From: Schmidtea nova
Lineage: Eukaryota
Assembly (NCBI GenBank): GCA_044892505.1
Contig: CM097882.1
Span: 381,424,001-381,488,000 of the forward strand
Reading direction: 5' to 3'
Length of the DNA: 64,000 nt
Positions 36,581-50,071 of the stretch are shown in pieces. A model generated the notes under the pieces. That model was not told the origin of the DNA and searched no databases. It saw only the letters and a program-made list of their open reading frames with translations. The number at the start of each line of letters is the position of its first letter. Within the stretch, counting starts at the first letter, position 1. Both the position numbers and the translations under genes were made by a program.

Positions 36581-39500
36581 ATGGAGAAGCGTACAAACAT
36601 TCCAGCAGATATTCAAGACATGATTTTAGCAATTCCTCGTGTATTTTATGATCCAACAGAGGGAGCAATTCTTAACTTCTTGGTAATTTCCCATGAATAT
36701 TTTGACACACATTTCTATCATTTTCATTATCAACAGATCCGTTATAATTATCTCAGTGAGCAGCAATTAGTTGAGAAATCTGAATTTGATTTCCAAATGG
36801 TCAGATCTTCATTAAATAAATTGCGGAAAGATAAATTAGTCGACATGAAAATGCAAGTTTCCACCGATGAAAATGGAAAATCAATAAATACTTCTTATTT
36901 TTTTATAAATTTTAAAGTAAAAATTTTTCTAATTTAAAATTAAACTAGTTTTTCTCATTTGATAATTTCATCTAAACTCAGCAAGCCTTGAACTGCTTCA
37001 TGTACAGACTGGAAAGCAGTTATAAGAAACTAGAAGAAGCTCAAAGACAAAATATTAGCAGTGGTGATTATTGTTGCACGGAATGCGGTCAAACTTATTG
37101 CGATTTGGATATTATGTCGCTGTTCAATTTTGAACGGGAATGCATTCTATGTGGTATATGTAATGGTGTCGTTGAGTCAATTGAGGACAAAGAGAAACGT
37201 CACAATGCTCGCGAGGAAATTGCCAGATTTAACACAAAAGTAATTAATTAATTGATTTTTTATTTTTATTATACATCTTTTTGAGATTATGAAATTATAA
37301 ATTTAATTAATAAATTGATAACCAATATAATATCACGTGCTTTGTGTTATTTTAATAACATCAAAGTGCTATCATTAATTTTTTATATAAAAAAACCTAA
37401 ATATGAAACCTTTTGACGCCAAACAGTGCATTTGATTCTCAATAAACAACTGAAACATTATCCGCCAATATCTTGTTTTCATTAAATCCATATTCAATGA
37501 CAATATTGATTCTCTTCACAATTGCTTATAATTCTGCTAAGTTGATGTGCAGTGTATCATCCTTCTTTCTAATCCAAGCTGCCCCTTTATATTATCTTAC
37601 CATCGACTTCTAAATATACTCTGTTATCATAATAATAATAACTCACATCTCATCATAAATTCACCGGTTTCTTTTTATCGGCATAACAAACACAACAACA
37701 CAAGTCATACAATTTCGCCATATCAATCATTTTCTTTAATTTCTTTCTAAAATTGAACTTCAGTAGTCTGTTTTCGCTTCTGAGCTTTGATGTTATTCAA
37801 AGCTCAAGTCGAAAATTGTAACAAATCTGATATTCTCTTTGTTGAAATACAAAATTTAACAACAGGCACCATCAAGTGTATTTGGCGTGAAAAAAACATT
37901 TATGAATGGATTTCGAATCCAGTCGTATTTTTCCATATTATAATATAATTTGTTATTATAATTCAGTTCAGGTGCATGTTCAGGTGACCTAATAAAATTT
38001 CGCGGCCCATGGATTACTTAACATTACTTTAACATCTACCTTAAAACCGTGATATAATGCTTTTATAATCTATTCGCAACTTGAATTGATCTGGAGGCCG
38101 GTTAAGAAATTTGCACTGTTGTGGGGAGCCGGACAAACAATAATGATACATTTTCGACATTACTTGAATTTAAACCAGACAAAATTTAAGGTTAAATAAA
38201 TTGAAATCGTTTTACCGCAATATTGTTTAAAATATAAAGATGTATTCTGTAATTTTGCATATTAAACATATTTTAGTTATTCAGTAAATCCAGTTTCATT
38301 ACCTAAAATTAGAAATAAAGTACTAATCAATGACCTTTTGTCACGGTATGTTCATAAGTCTTTTTTGCATTATGAAGTTGATTTGACAAGCTAATAGAAA
38401 CCATGTGTTATTTTGATATTCCGACTAATCTCAGTGAAACTATTACATGACCAGGTACCGGATAAAATCAATCAATCGGCCAAAACTTGATCATGCTTGA
38501 TATTAATATTCAAAATAAAAACACCTCTATACACAGCGTCCATTTCCCGACTGTTTATGTAATCCCGGGATCGGGAAATTTAAACCATTCGATCTTAGGA
38601 ATCTCATGATTATCTTTTTAATAATGGTTTTTATAATCAATTAGCTATTTTAACAAAAATAAAATAATGAATTCATTAAAACATAAAATACAATTTAATA
38701 ATAACAATAACAAAAAGCTTAACAATCAATAATTTTTTCCACATTAAATAAAATATGTTATTAAGAAACAAAAAATCTTTAAAACTTGCTCGTTTTTTAA
38801 AGAAAAACGATAAAACAATTGAGAATACTCTTTCTGATTCCGTTAGATAAACTCTAGGAAAAATAAATTGCAAGTTAATAACCGGGTGTTATTCTCCTTT
38901 TTAGTTAACGGGTTACCTCCGGAAAGGAATAACTCTCAAGGAATAACACAATGATTAGTGAGATTTCTAAATTCCATATCAATAGTTCCCACTAGATATA
39001 AACACCCATCTTAAGTCTGTATACCTGCTCAAGGTAATATATGGAAATACCCTGAAAAGCTATTTAGTTTCTCATCACTAATCGGATCTGATCGAAATGA
39101 GACCCTCATTTAATTTGACAACCTCACACTGGCTACGCTATAGGAATCCGTGTCAAATTTTCAGTTTTCCGTTCAAGAAGTGTAATCATACGGCCCGCAT
39201 TTTTAATTACTATGGCGTGCTGAATATTTGCATAATCAGTTACTGAATTCCTTTCACCAGTTACCATAATAGTCATAATGCCGATTAAGATTATACGACC
39301 CATGAATACTGGTTTCTTTCGATTCTAGCCAACTAATTCATTTAAAGATAAATGTATGCGAGGATACCATTAATTAGTTCTAATATATCTCATGAGCATA
39401 TAATCATTGATTTGGGAGCCAGATTAACAATTATGTGACATCGGTTCAGATATCAATAGATCGCACTATATTAAGTTTAATATATAACCGCTGATTTTAA

Positions 39501-42500
39501 GCATATCACTTCTGTTCACGCCTATCCGGTTTGTCACAGTGCCAGATACCTGGTCAAATGCTGGAGATGATTCATGCTTGCTTTGAACTAGAATACCACT
39601 CGCTCTCCAGATTGTAACAAATTTTTATGATGGTTTTAAGTCCGTTGGAATCGACGCTGGCATTTACCTGGCATTTACTTTACCTTATACTTTGACTCCG
39701 TCTTAAACAGCCTCTTTTCTAGCCTATAAAATTGATTACAATAAATAATGACTAATTTTCAGATTATGTAAAGATTGAAATGATTTTAAAATATAATTTA
39801 CACAAACGAACAAATGTTTTTGTAAAAGAAAAATTTGTTTATGCAGAAAACATGATAAATAGAATAATTAATTTACATATTTATTTTATCAAACAAGTTG
39901 TACGATTCATATATGAATCGCTGCGCACTAGTAATTCATGTAATAAAGGATAAGGAATTACAATTTATGAAATGCAGCAAAATAATTTTTATCTTTGTTG
40001 AAACAAAAATATGTGTTACATTTTTCACAATCTACAATAGTTCGTGACTCACAATATCTGACTCTGGTTTCATTTCATTTTTGATTTTTTTTATCTAATC
40101 CAACATCTTTCGTAGGTAGGGGAGTAACACAAGGGGTTTTTCTCTTTGCTTCAATTCTTTTTGTAAATCTGAAGGTCTACTTCGTTTTATTTTATTATAA
40201 GAGCCAATATTGCACAACGTAGAAGCTAATTCGAGTAGAAAATCTATAAGTTTCATAGTTGGCAATCCTTTGTCGCATATTCGGTATAACAACCAAATAT
40301 TTATTATTGTAATGCTGAGAAGATAATAACATAATCTTGTATACCATTTGCGTAATCTCATTCTTGATCAATACTTCCCAATAAAACTGTCCGGTAAATC
40401 AACCAATCCCATATGTTTGTTTTATTGTTTACAACAGCTGAAAAGACACTTATATTCCTTCCTTCCTTTCTATCATATGCTTGAACAAACGAAGATAACA
40501 ATATTACTGTCTTTTTTGTTCTTCCAACAAACACTAGTTATATGATTCCCATTAAAATTTGTAAGAAACTCCTTACTTTCTACTTTCTACATTCCATTTT
40601 TTATATTTAAGTTCTGTTGGCATCTTGTATAGCGGAATTCTATTCCTTTTATAGTCTCTAGAGAATGTATCCCATTTTTCAAGATAATTTATCAATAAAA
40701 TGGAGCTATAATAATTGCCAAAGTTCTATTTATAATAATTAATAATAACATCTCAAGCTAAACGTACAATCACATTAGAACTTGATCCTATAATAGACTC
40801 ACATGGCAATCGTTTACTATGGTAATTTTGGTGTTTCAGTATGCATTTCGTATTTATAACAATACCTTTTAAATTCCGATAATTAAAAAAATTTAATATC
40901 CCAATATGTTTGGTTTTTGGGGCATGTATTGATTCAAATGATACCGATTTCTTGTGAAACAAATTTGCACATCAACTAAGAGTATTTTTGCCATAGGATC
41001 TGACACAAAATTCGATGCAAGTGAATCTAATACCAGTCTCAAGTTTTGAAGTTTATCATTAGATACCAAAGAATTATCATTAAAATTTAAATTCGAACAG
41101 ATTTTTTCAAAAGTTTTTTTATTCAAAGTATCTAGAAAAATGTCAAGTCCAATTTACTCCCATACATTCTCATATTAGGCATATAATCAACTGATGATAC
41201 AATAAATATATCGAGATACTTCATAAATTCGATTTTTGAAAAACTGAATGCTTTAGAGTTTTAGAAATGATGTACCTTCTACTTTTCTCAAGAATTTTAA
41301 CCATAAGTTCATCATTGAAAAAAATTTGAAAAATTGTAATGGTGTTTGCTAGGTTAGAATTCTCTCAAGTAATGTTCTTGTCTTAGAAACTTTTATAAAT
41401 ACAGAATATGACGCAGATTGTTGTTCAAGTGTTTTTTCTGTAATTGTCTTCTATTGAATTTTGTGACAAACACTTTTGGTGAAATTTTTCTACACCTTTC
41501 TTGTCCAATTCGATATCTTCAAATTCATTTTGCAATTAGAACAATAAAATTTAATCATATAAAAGAACAAAAAAAATTGTACAAATCAACAAAATGCTAA
41601 AATGTAAATATGATGTAGTTGATTCATTTGTGCACCAGGATACACTGTAGGGTTAAACGTTAATTATTGGTTCGTCTAGCTAATTCATTTCTATTCACAT
41701 ATTTATAATAATAATGATTCAAATAAGAAAAATAAGTACATTCCAACACCAACAAATCAATTTAATACAAAATCTACATTATATGCTAAAATTTAGAGAA
41801 AACTATAACTTAAGAATAAAATACGTTAAAAAATAAAAATAACAAATATCATTTCTACTGGGAACTGAAAATTCTTGCTTCATTTGTTTTATTTTGGCTC
41901 ATTAACTAAATCAGATTAAATAATTTTTACCGCGGAAAATAAACACTACTAAAATTTGCGTCACTTGCACTGCTGTGACAGTCAATGGTGGATCTTGAAT
42001 GATTTGTGGATATTGCTGTTTTAATATCTATTTTGAAAAACGGCCGATTTCATTTATCTTTAACAGAGCATTGTAAGGAGTTTGAGTTGACAGTGTTCAT
42101 GATTTCTCAACTTTTTACTTTTTTCGAGAAGAGAAAATATTACATTGATTTCTCGAGAAATAAAAAATGTTTTCTAAATTTTTTTAAAAATTATCAAAAC
42201 CTATACTCAACTACATTCAGTTATGCTCACAAATACTCAAATACGCTCAACTGCACTCAACTATGGAAACTTCTCTCAACTATGCTAAAATACGCTCACA
42301 TATATTCAAATACGCTCAACTTCTCAACTACGCTAAATTACTCTCAACTATACTCAAATAAGCTCAACTACATTCACCTATACTCAACCCTACTCAACTA
42401 CTCGAAACTATGCTTAAATACGCTCACCTATCCTCAAATACGCTCAAACTGTGCTCAACTACGCTCAAACTGTGTTCAACTACTCTCTACTATGCTAATA

Positions 42501-44349
42501 TACGCTCACCTATACTTAACCCTACTCAACTACTCACAACTATGCTTAACTATGCTCACCTATAATCCAATACGCTCAAACTACGCTTAACTACTCGCAA
42601 CTATACTCAAATACACTCAACTGTGCTAAAATACGCTCAAATATGCTTAACTACATTCACTTATACTCAACCCTGCTCAACTACTCGCAACTATGCTTAA
42701 ATACACTTATCTATAATCAAATACGCTCAAACTACGCTCAACTACTCGCAACTATCCTCAAATACGCTCAAACTGTGCTCAACTACTCTCTACTATGCTA
42801 ATATACGCTCACCTATACTCAACTGCACTCAAATATGCTCAACTACACTCACTTATACTCAACTACACTCACCTATACTCAACTGGACTCAAATATGCTC
42901 AACTACGCTCACCTATACTCAAATATGCTCAACTACACTCACCTATACTCAAATATGCTCAACTACACTCACCTATACTCAAATATGCTCAACTACACTC
43001 ACCTATACTCAACTGCACTCAAATATGCTCAACTACACTCACCTATACTCAAATATGCTCAACTACACTCACCTATACTCAACTGGGCTCAAATATGCTC
43101 AACTACGCTCACCTATACTCAAATATGCTCAACTACACTCACCTATACTCAAATATGCTCAACTACACTCACCTATACTCAACTGCACTCAAATATGGTC
43201 AACTACACTCACCTATACTCAAATATGCTCAACTACACTCACCTATACTCAACTGGACTCAGATATGCTCAACTACGCTCACATATACTCAACTGCACTC
43301 AAATATGCTCAACTACACTCACCTATACTCAACTGCACTCAAATATGCTCAACTACGCTCACCTATACTCAACTGCACTCAAATATGCTCAACTACACTC
43401 ACCTATACTTAACTGCACTCAAATATGCTCAACTACACTCACCTATACTCAACTGCACTCAAATATGCTCAACTACACACACTTATACTCAACTGCAATC
43501 AAATATGCTCAACTACGCTCACATATACTCAACTGCACTCAAATATGCTCAACTACGCTCACATATACTCAAATTCGCTCAACTGTGCTCAAATACGCTC
43601 AACTATGATCTTTTGAACATAAACTACCTTCAAAACGGCTTTGTAGCCCATTATTATAACAAATCTGCTGATGCGTAGGAGGCAATCTCTCAAATATTTG
43701 CATAACAGCAGTACCATCACTTAATGTGTATATTATATCTTGAAGAGATAGACCAAATTGGCCTTATTTCTCAATAATTAATATCAAAACTTTGCTACGG
43801 GACAGTTTCCATCTCTCAATACCAACCCAAAATTATCTAAATATATTTCATTGTAATATAAATGTACATCCACGTATCTTTTTTTCATACTAGTCCATTC
43901 ATCAATAGATTTAATGAATTTTTTCTGATTTGTTTTAAAATTTTGTATTTTCTGTACTTGATCTGGGTTTTTCTGTTTACAAAATTCTAACATTGATTTC
44001 TTTATATCTGTAGGATTTTGTGGAAGAATAAACCTATTCAATTTCATACTTTGTCTAATGAATTCACTTTTGACAATTCTGTAAAATCCAACCAAATTTA
44101 CTCATTGTTTTATTATCACCACGTTCACATATGTTGCTCGCTCCATATTGAGCACCATATTGTTCTATGTACACTTTCAAGGTGACTATGAAGTCCAATA
44201 CTTGCAGATCCTTTGATGGAGATAGACTTACCACATATACTACAGTTAGCTAATTATTTGTCGTTATTTCCAAGGATCTTGATGAATTATTATCGTTTTT
44301 CTGGGTTCTTTACAATAAAAACGTTTGACAGCACAAAAATAATTAATTT

Positions 44350-44391
<42 letters not shown>

Positions 44392-47300
44392 CTTTTTATC
44401 GGGGTTGCAACTTTCGTTGCCGATACCCCTAAAACAAAAGTTAATAAAACAAAATAAGGAATAAACATTTATTCAAAAGATATCTTCTAGGTTAAATGCT
44501 TATTGGTTAAAATGTTTCTTGGTTAAAAATTCGAATTCTTCTGCGTGTTCGATTATAATTCTACTTGTTATTTAATTTTCAAAAAAACTCCTTTTCAATC
44601 TAACTTGTTAATTAAAACAACCTTTCTATATATCTCAATAATTTAATTTAATATACATATGTATATATAATATATAAAATTATTTAAAATATAAATAATT
44701 ATATATATATGACGCAGGCACTACACTTTTCAATATTAAAAAATATGTAAGAATATATTTACGGATTTTTCATTATTATATTATATTAAATGTGTTATAT
44801 TATTATATTAAATCTCTTTGGATGAAACAGAAACATCTATAATTCCCAGTAAAATATATTAAAATGAAATGTACATAGCGTTACCATACTGACAACATTT
44901 AAAGAGTGCATGGGGGTGTGAAAATTCAAAAATCACTCGAAAATAAGTCGCTTCTTTTTTAATTAAAAAATAAAAGATAAAATTACAAAAATTACAAAAA
45001 AAAAATTACAAATACAATTTCAAATTGTATGCAAAATAACATTACATAATATATAAATACTTATTCAAACTGATATTTAGCTTTATTTCTGATTTCTAAT
45101 AAAAGCTCTTTATTATTTAAGCAATAATTATAAAATTCCGAACAGTCAAAATTTTTATAATTAAATTGCTCCATGAAAGTATTGTTTACCGATTCAGGTA
45201 AAAGTCTGTTTCTTTCATCGGTCCACCGTGCCTTCATTGGGCTGAACACCCTCAATACGTTTGCGTTATGTGCTGGTATTGCAAAATAAAAATTGCATAT
45301 TTTTAAAAACTCTCCCGAAGTGTTATTGTTTTGACTTTTAAAATTACTTGTCCATTTATCCGCACTGTGTTGGTTTGAAAATTCTTCACAAGGTATTTTT
45401 TTATCTAAAAAATGATTTAACCTTAAAGATTGATCAAACAATAATGATTCCATTTATATCTATTCTTTTTTATAAATATTCCACTGCATCTTGGATTTCG
45501 TGCCACTCTGGCTTACTTTTTAGCAACATCCATTTAAAGACTTTAAATTAATCCAAAGAGTAAGTCCACATCTTTAAATTTTCTAATCCTCTTTCATATA
45601 CGTGAATTAATTCATTTTATATTACATGGCTTCTCGGTTGATCGTTATTAGAGCGAATGGGATAAATTCATTATCTCTTCTTTGTATTAATATTTCTTCT
45701 ATGGAAAATAATATTTCGCTTATTTCCATTAAGGAATTTTTCTTGCTCCATACTTTCTATTTTTGAATGGAAAACATACATTAAAGAATAAATGAACCAT
45801 AAATAGCACTCATTAAGTGGTTTTTCAAAAAAAGTTTTGATTATTATGGGAGGCGGAATATGGGACAAAAAAAAGATTTAAGCGCTGGATACAGTTGCAA
45901 AATTCTATTCACTGCAGGAAATAAAGACAGCCATCGCGTTTTGGAGTGGAACAACAACTTCTTATATGCAATATCAACGAAATCACAAAAATCTTTTAAT
46001 GCCTCTGTGTATATAGAAAAATTGATTATATATTTTTAAAATTATTGATTCCACGTCTAGAGGTAAGCCATCTAATGCATGCTGCACGCAATTATTTAAA
46101 ATATGTAGAGGACAACCCACTCCAATGATATCCCTCCTTAACCCGTTTTGTAAACGACAAAAACATTGTTCTGGCTTCTTCTTTCGACACCACCTGTTTG
46201 ATCCAAGCCAGTTAATCAAGGCTTGAGAGAAGAAATAAGCAAGATCCAATAAAGAAACTTTAACTGGCGGACTACTTCCGAAGAAAAACCCAATCATATA
46301 TACCATAATATCATTACATAAATTCATAGAAACTGTCATTGAAAACCACATAATTCCATTGATTAAACTGTCAATCATAAAATACGAAGACGCGCCTATT
46401 ATTAGCAGTGTCACATGAGTCCATCCAAACAATGTAAATTGTTGCAGATAATGCTTCTTCACCAAGACGAGAGCGAACCACCTAATGGCACAACTCAATA
46501 TATAGAACGATATAAACTGATAGTAAGAAAATTCTTTTGCCATTAATCTACGTATATTTCCATTTTTATAAACTTTGAAGCAATCTTCAAGTAGATTTTC
46601 GTCAGATACACGCGAAAACATTAACACAATTGTTTTATTTAAGTCACGAAGATAATGAGGACATTCATTTGAATTGAAATAATTCCCATGGCATCTACGA
46701 ATAAAACTTGCGGTGGCTTTTTTCATATTGTCATAATCCGTCCCGATATCGGTTTCATTTAATAAATCATTTCCCATTGAACCATAACACATCATATTGA
46801 CATCAATTTTGTCCATCTTTCAAATTTAAATACCACCAAGTTCAAATTTCCAATAATTCAGCCAATTTTAAAAATTATCAAAAACTAAAAAATCCAAATA
46901 GTTTGACAAAACAAACTCCAAATCAATGCGCACACAGGCGCGTGTATCAAAAATATCAACGCGCACACAGACGCGACTTAATTAAATAACCGCAAGAGCG
47001 CACACGACGCGACAATAATAAAAAAGCAATGCGCACACATATGCGTACAACCCCACACACCCAGAAATCACCACCACCAAAATTTGTGTTACAATTTCCC
47101 CTGTGAAAGTAACACACTTCAGCTAAATTATTTTTTGGAGTGTAGCTTTAATTACATCACAAATTGTCTCACATTTCTCATTTTGTACCGATTTCATTTC
47201 CAATAAACGATGTTGAATGCCAAATTCCTTGTCAAAAATTTGAATTAATATAGGGAACAATTTTAATGCACCTATATGAGAAATGTATTCATCATGTATT

Positions 47301-50040
47301 TTTTTAAGTGTCATCTTTAATGAGTTAGGTGCCATAACATTATTTACTATTGCTTCTGTTTTTGTTCTGGCAGAAGAAATCTTTGAAGCTACTTCAGAGT
47401 CGGCAAACAACCTGCGATATAAATTTATTGAACAGTCGCAACTATGGTGATCTTTTGCAGTGTGAAAAGCCAGCGTAGCTTCTGCAGCTAAATTTTTTTC
47501 TTCTGTCTTACTATTTTTCTGAACAAAAATTAAATCTCATTTTGCATTAGTACTGGACGATTGGAATCGTGATCTGTGTTTTGCAGATTGTATATGTTGC
47601 TCCAAATCACATTTCCTCTTATTTGAAATCGAAACTATAATCTGACAAATGTCACAAAAAGCTTCATGCTCAAGTTTAGATTTTTTGAACCTCGGATACT
47701 TTTTACCCAAATCATCATTGAATTTACATTTGCTACGTGACATTCTTAATGGCTAAAAATTTCTAATAATTAAATTTCTAAAAAGAAATAAGATTATATT
47801 TACCAAATTGTTCAAATTGTCAAAATTGAAAAATAAACTTTTTACTGAAAAGTTTATTTTTAAATTTGGACAATTTGAACAATTTGGTAAATATATATTT
47901 TTATTTCTTTTTATAAATTTAATTATTAGAAATTTTTTAATAAAAGTTTTATTAAAAAATAAAAATTATCTAGGTAGTTTTTTCAATAGTTTTAAATTAA
48001 GAGTAAATACTACAAAGTAAATTAGAATGAAATACTTTAATTGAAAATATAAGTAGTAGTTTCACATGTATATGGCTAATATTGAATAAACATATTTAAT
48101 TTCTAAAAATGTTTAATTGTTAATCTTTTTTTCGGTTTTCGACTGTTTTCCTTTAATTTCAAATCAGTTGATGTAGAAATTACAATAACTATTTGACAGT
48201 TAACTCCAAGCAATAAATATTTTTAAAAAAAAAGTGATTTTGCCGCTTAACTTTAAGGTTTGGTCAACGCAGTTTGGTGTTGCAAATGCTGTTTTTCAAA
48301 TATTTTTTTAAAGAGTACTTTTGTGGAAAAATAGTACTGTACTCTTTAAAAGAGTACAGTTGGTATCCCTGAATGCACCGAAGAATTGTAAACATAAAAA
48401 ATGGGAAAAAACATTAACTTTTTTCAAGAAATAATACATTTTTTCGAGAATTGCGAAACGTGAAAATTTAATGCACCCAGTAATTTTTCATTGCTTCTTG
48501 TCAATTCTCATGTTACATCAAATATTTCTAATTGTTATTATTGGCTGTCTTTTGATCGTTTTCCAGTTTAAAATTCGACTAACTTCTTATTTTTTGATTC
48601 AAAAAATATTTTCCCAATAGCAGTAGTTTATTAAATGTCGTTTTGCTCGTTTTTAACAACGGTTTGAGTATTTGATTTTTAAAACTTTGGACTTTGGATA
48701 GTGGAGGGATTAAGAATCTCCTCGCTTGTTAAAAGAGTAACAACACGCTCAGATAATGCTTCTACTTCGATGGTTTGAATACATTCAATATCGACCCTAT
48801 ATATAGTATGAGTTCTTCATTAAAAATGAGTCATTTGTAAATCACTTTTGATACTTTTTAGTATAAAAATCGCCACAGCACTAGCTATACTATATTACCA
48901 TTTTTCACAATTAACGCGTAAGAGACATTTCCTACGGCTGAAACTTGTTGTATTTTTGATTTATCTTCATCAATTTTCTGTAAAATTCTTTTAATATATT
49001 TATTTGCCATTTGGCCTTTCTATACTGACTCTCAATCATTTCTTAAATCTTCTTTCGATAATTTTACTTTCAGCAAATTTTCCATCATTTCATATTTTTT
49101 TTCTTCTTCATTATCAAGACAATGCTTTTGGAAGAATGTTGTCAAATTTGACATTGTTAGCTTGTGCTTCAGAATTTTCTGAACACCTTTCTCAATTTTA
49201 CTGATGTAAGTTTCTGCATCATCTTCCCTCTTTCGATAATTTAGCAAATATTCCAAATCCCCAGCTAAATCCTGGTTTGCTTCGAATGCTAATCTAAGCC
49301 TTTTCGCATAATCTTCCTCATCTGGAATCTTGTCATATTTGTTGCGGCAATTTTCGTCCAAATAAGCTCGAACAATTACCTTTCTTTGACTATTGTCTAA
49401 CTGAATAATTGAAAAATATGATTCAATTTTCTCAATAAACTCTTCCAAATCGTCTCCAATTGAATAGATTTTCGGCTGTGGGGAATCCATAATAATTCTT
49501 GAGTTGAAAGCGTGGTCGCCATGTAAAGAATAAGAATAACTTTTGAAGTTCTTAAATTTTATTTAAGAAATCTTGGTACTATTTATAGTACCCGGTGTGC
49601 CGACACCAGCACAATCAGCAATAGCTTCTTGGGAAATAATAAACAATGATGTCATCTGAGGACCCAGACAATCAAGCATAATCAATCACACATGAAGGCA
49701 TTACTCAATATATAATAGGGGTTAGGAAAATCAAATATCCCATTATAATTACATCACAATATGGCAGTGCAGTTTTAAAATAACGAGAGCTCTCTTCCAT
49801 GACCGTTTTTCATTATTTTGCAAGATATTGTTTCAAGCCGATGATGACTTAATTTTTTCGAAGCCGAAAGCGGGACTTGTTTCAGTTGAAGGCTATTGTT
49901 TTCTAATTCATCCGATTCTTAATAATCTTCTCCATTGTCATCAAAATACGAACTCGCCAAATTTGTTTCCTTTTCTAAATTCGAATATGTTTATTTATTC
50001 AGAAATTAAACTACTTTCAGCTAATAGCGCTATTAGTTAA

Positions 50041-50071
<31 letters not shown>

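Noticed and set aside
42800-43570. CRISPR-like periodicity
   Set aside because: There are no unique spacers, the context is eukaryotic, and no cas genes are present.
42006-43678. Five overlapping 63-257-aa ORFs
   Set aside because: They are translations of the stop-poor decamer satellite.
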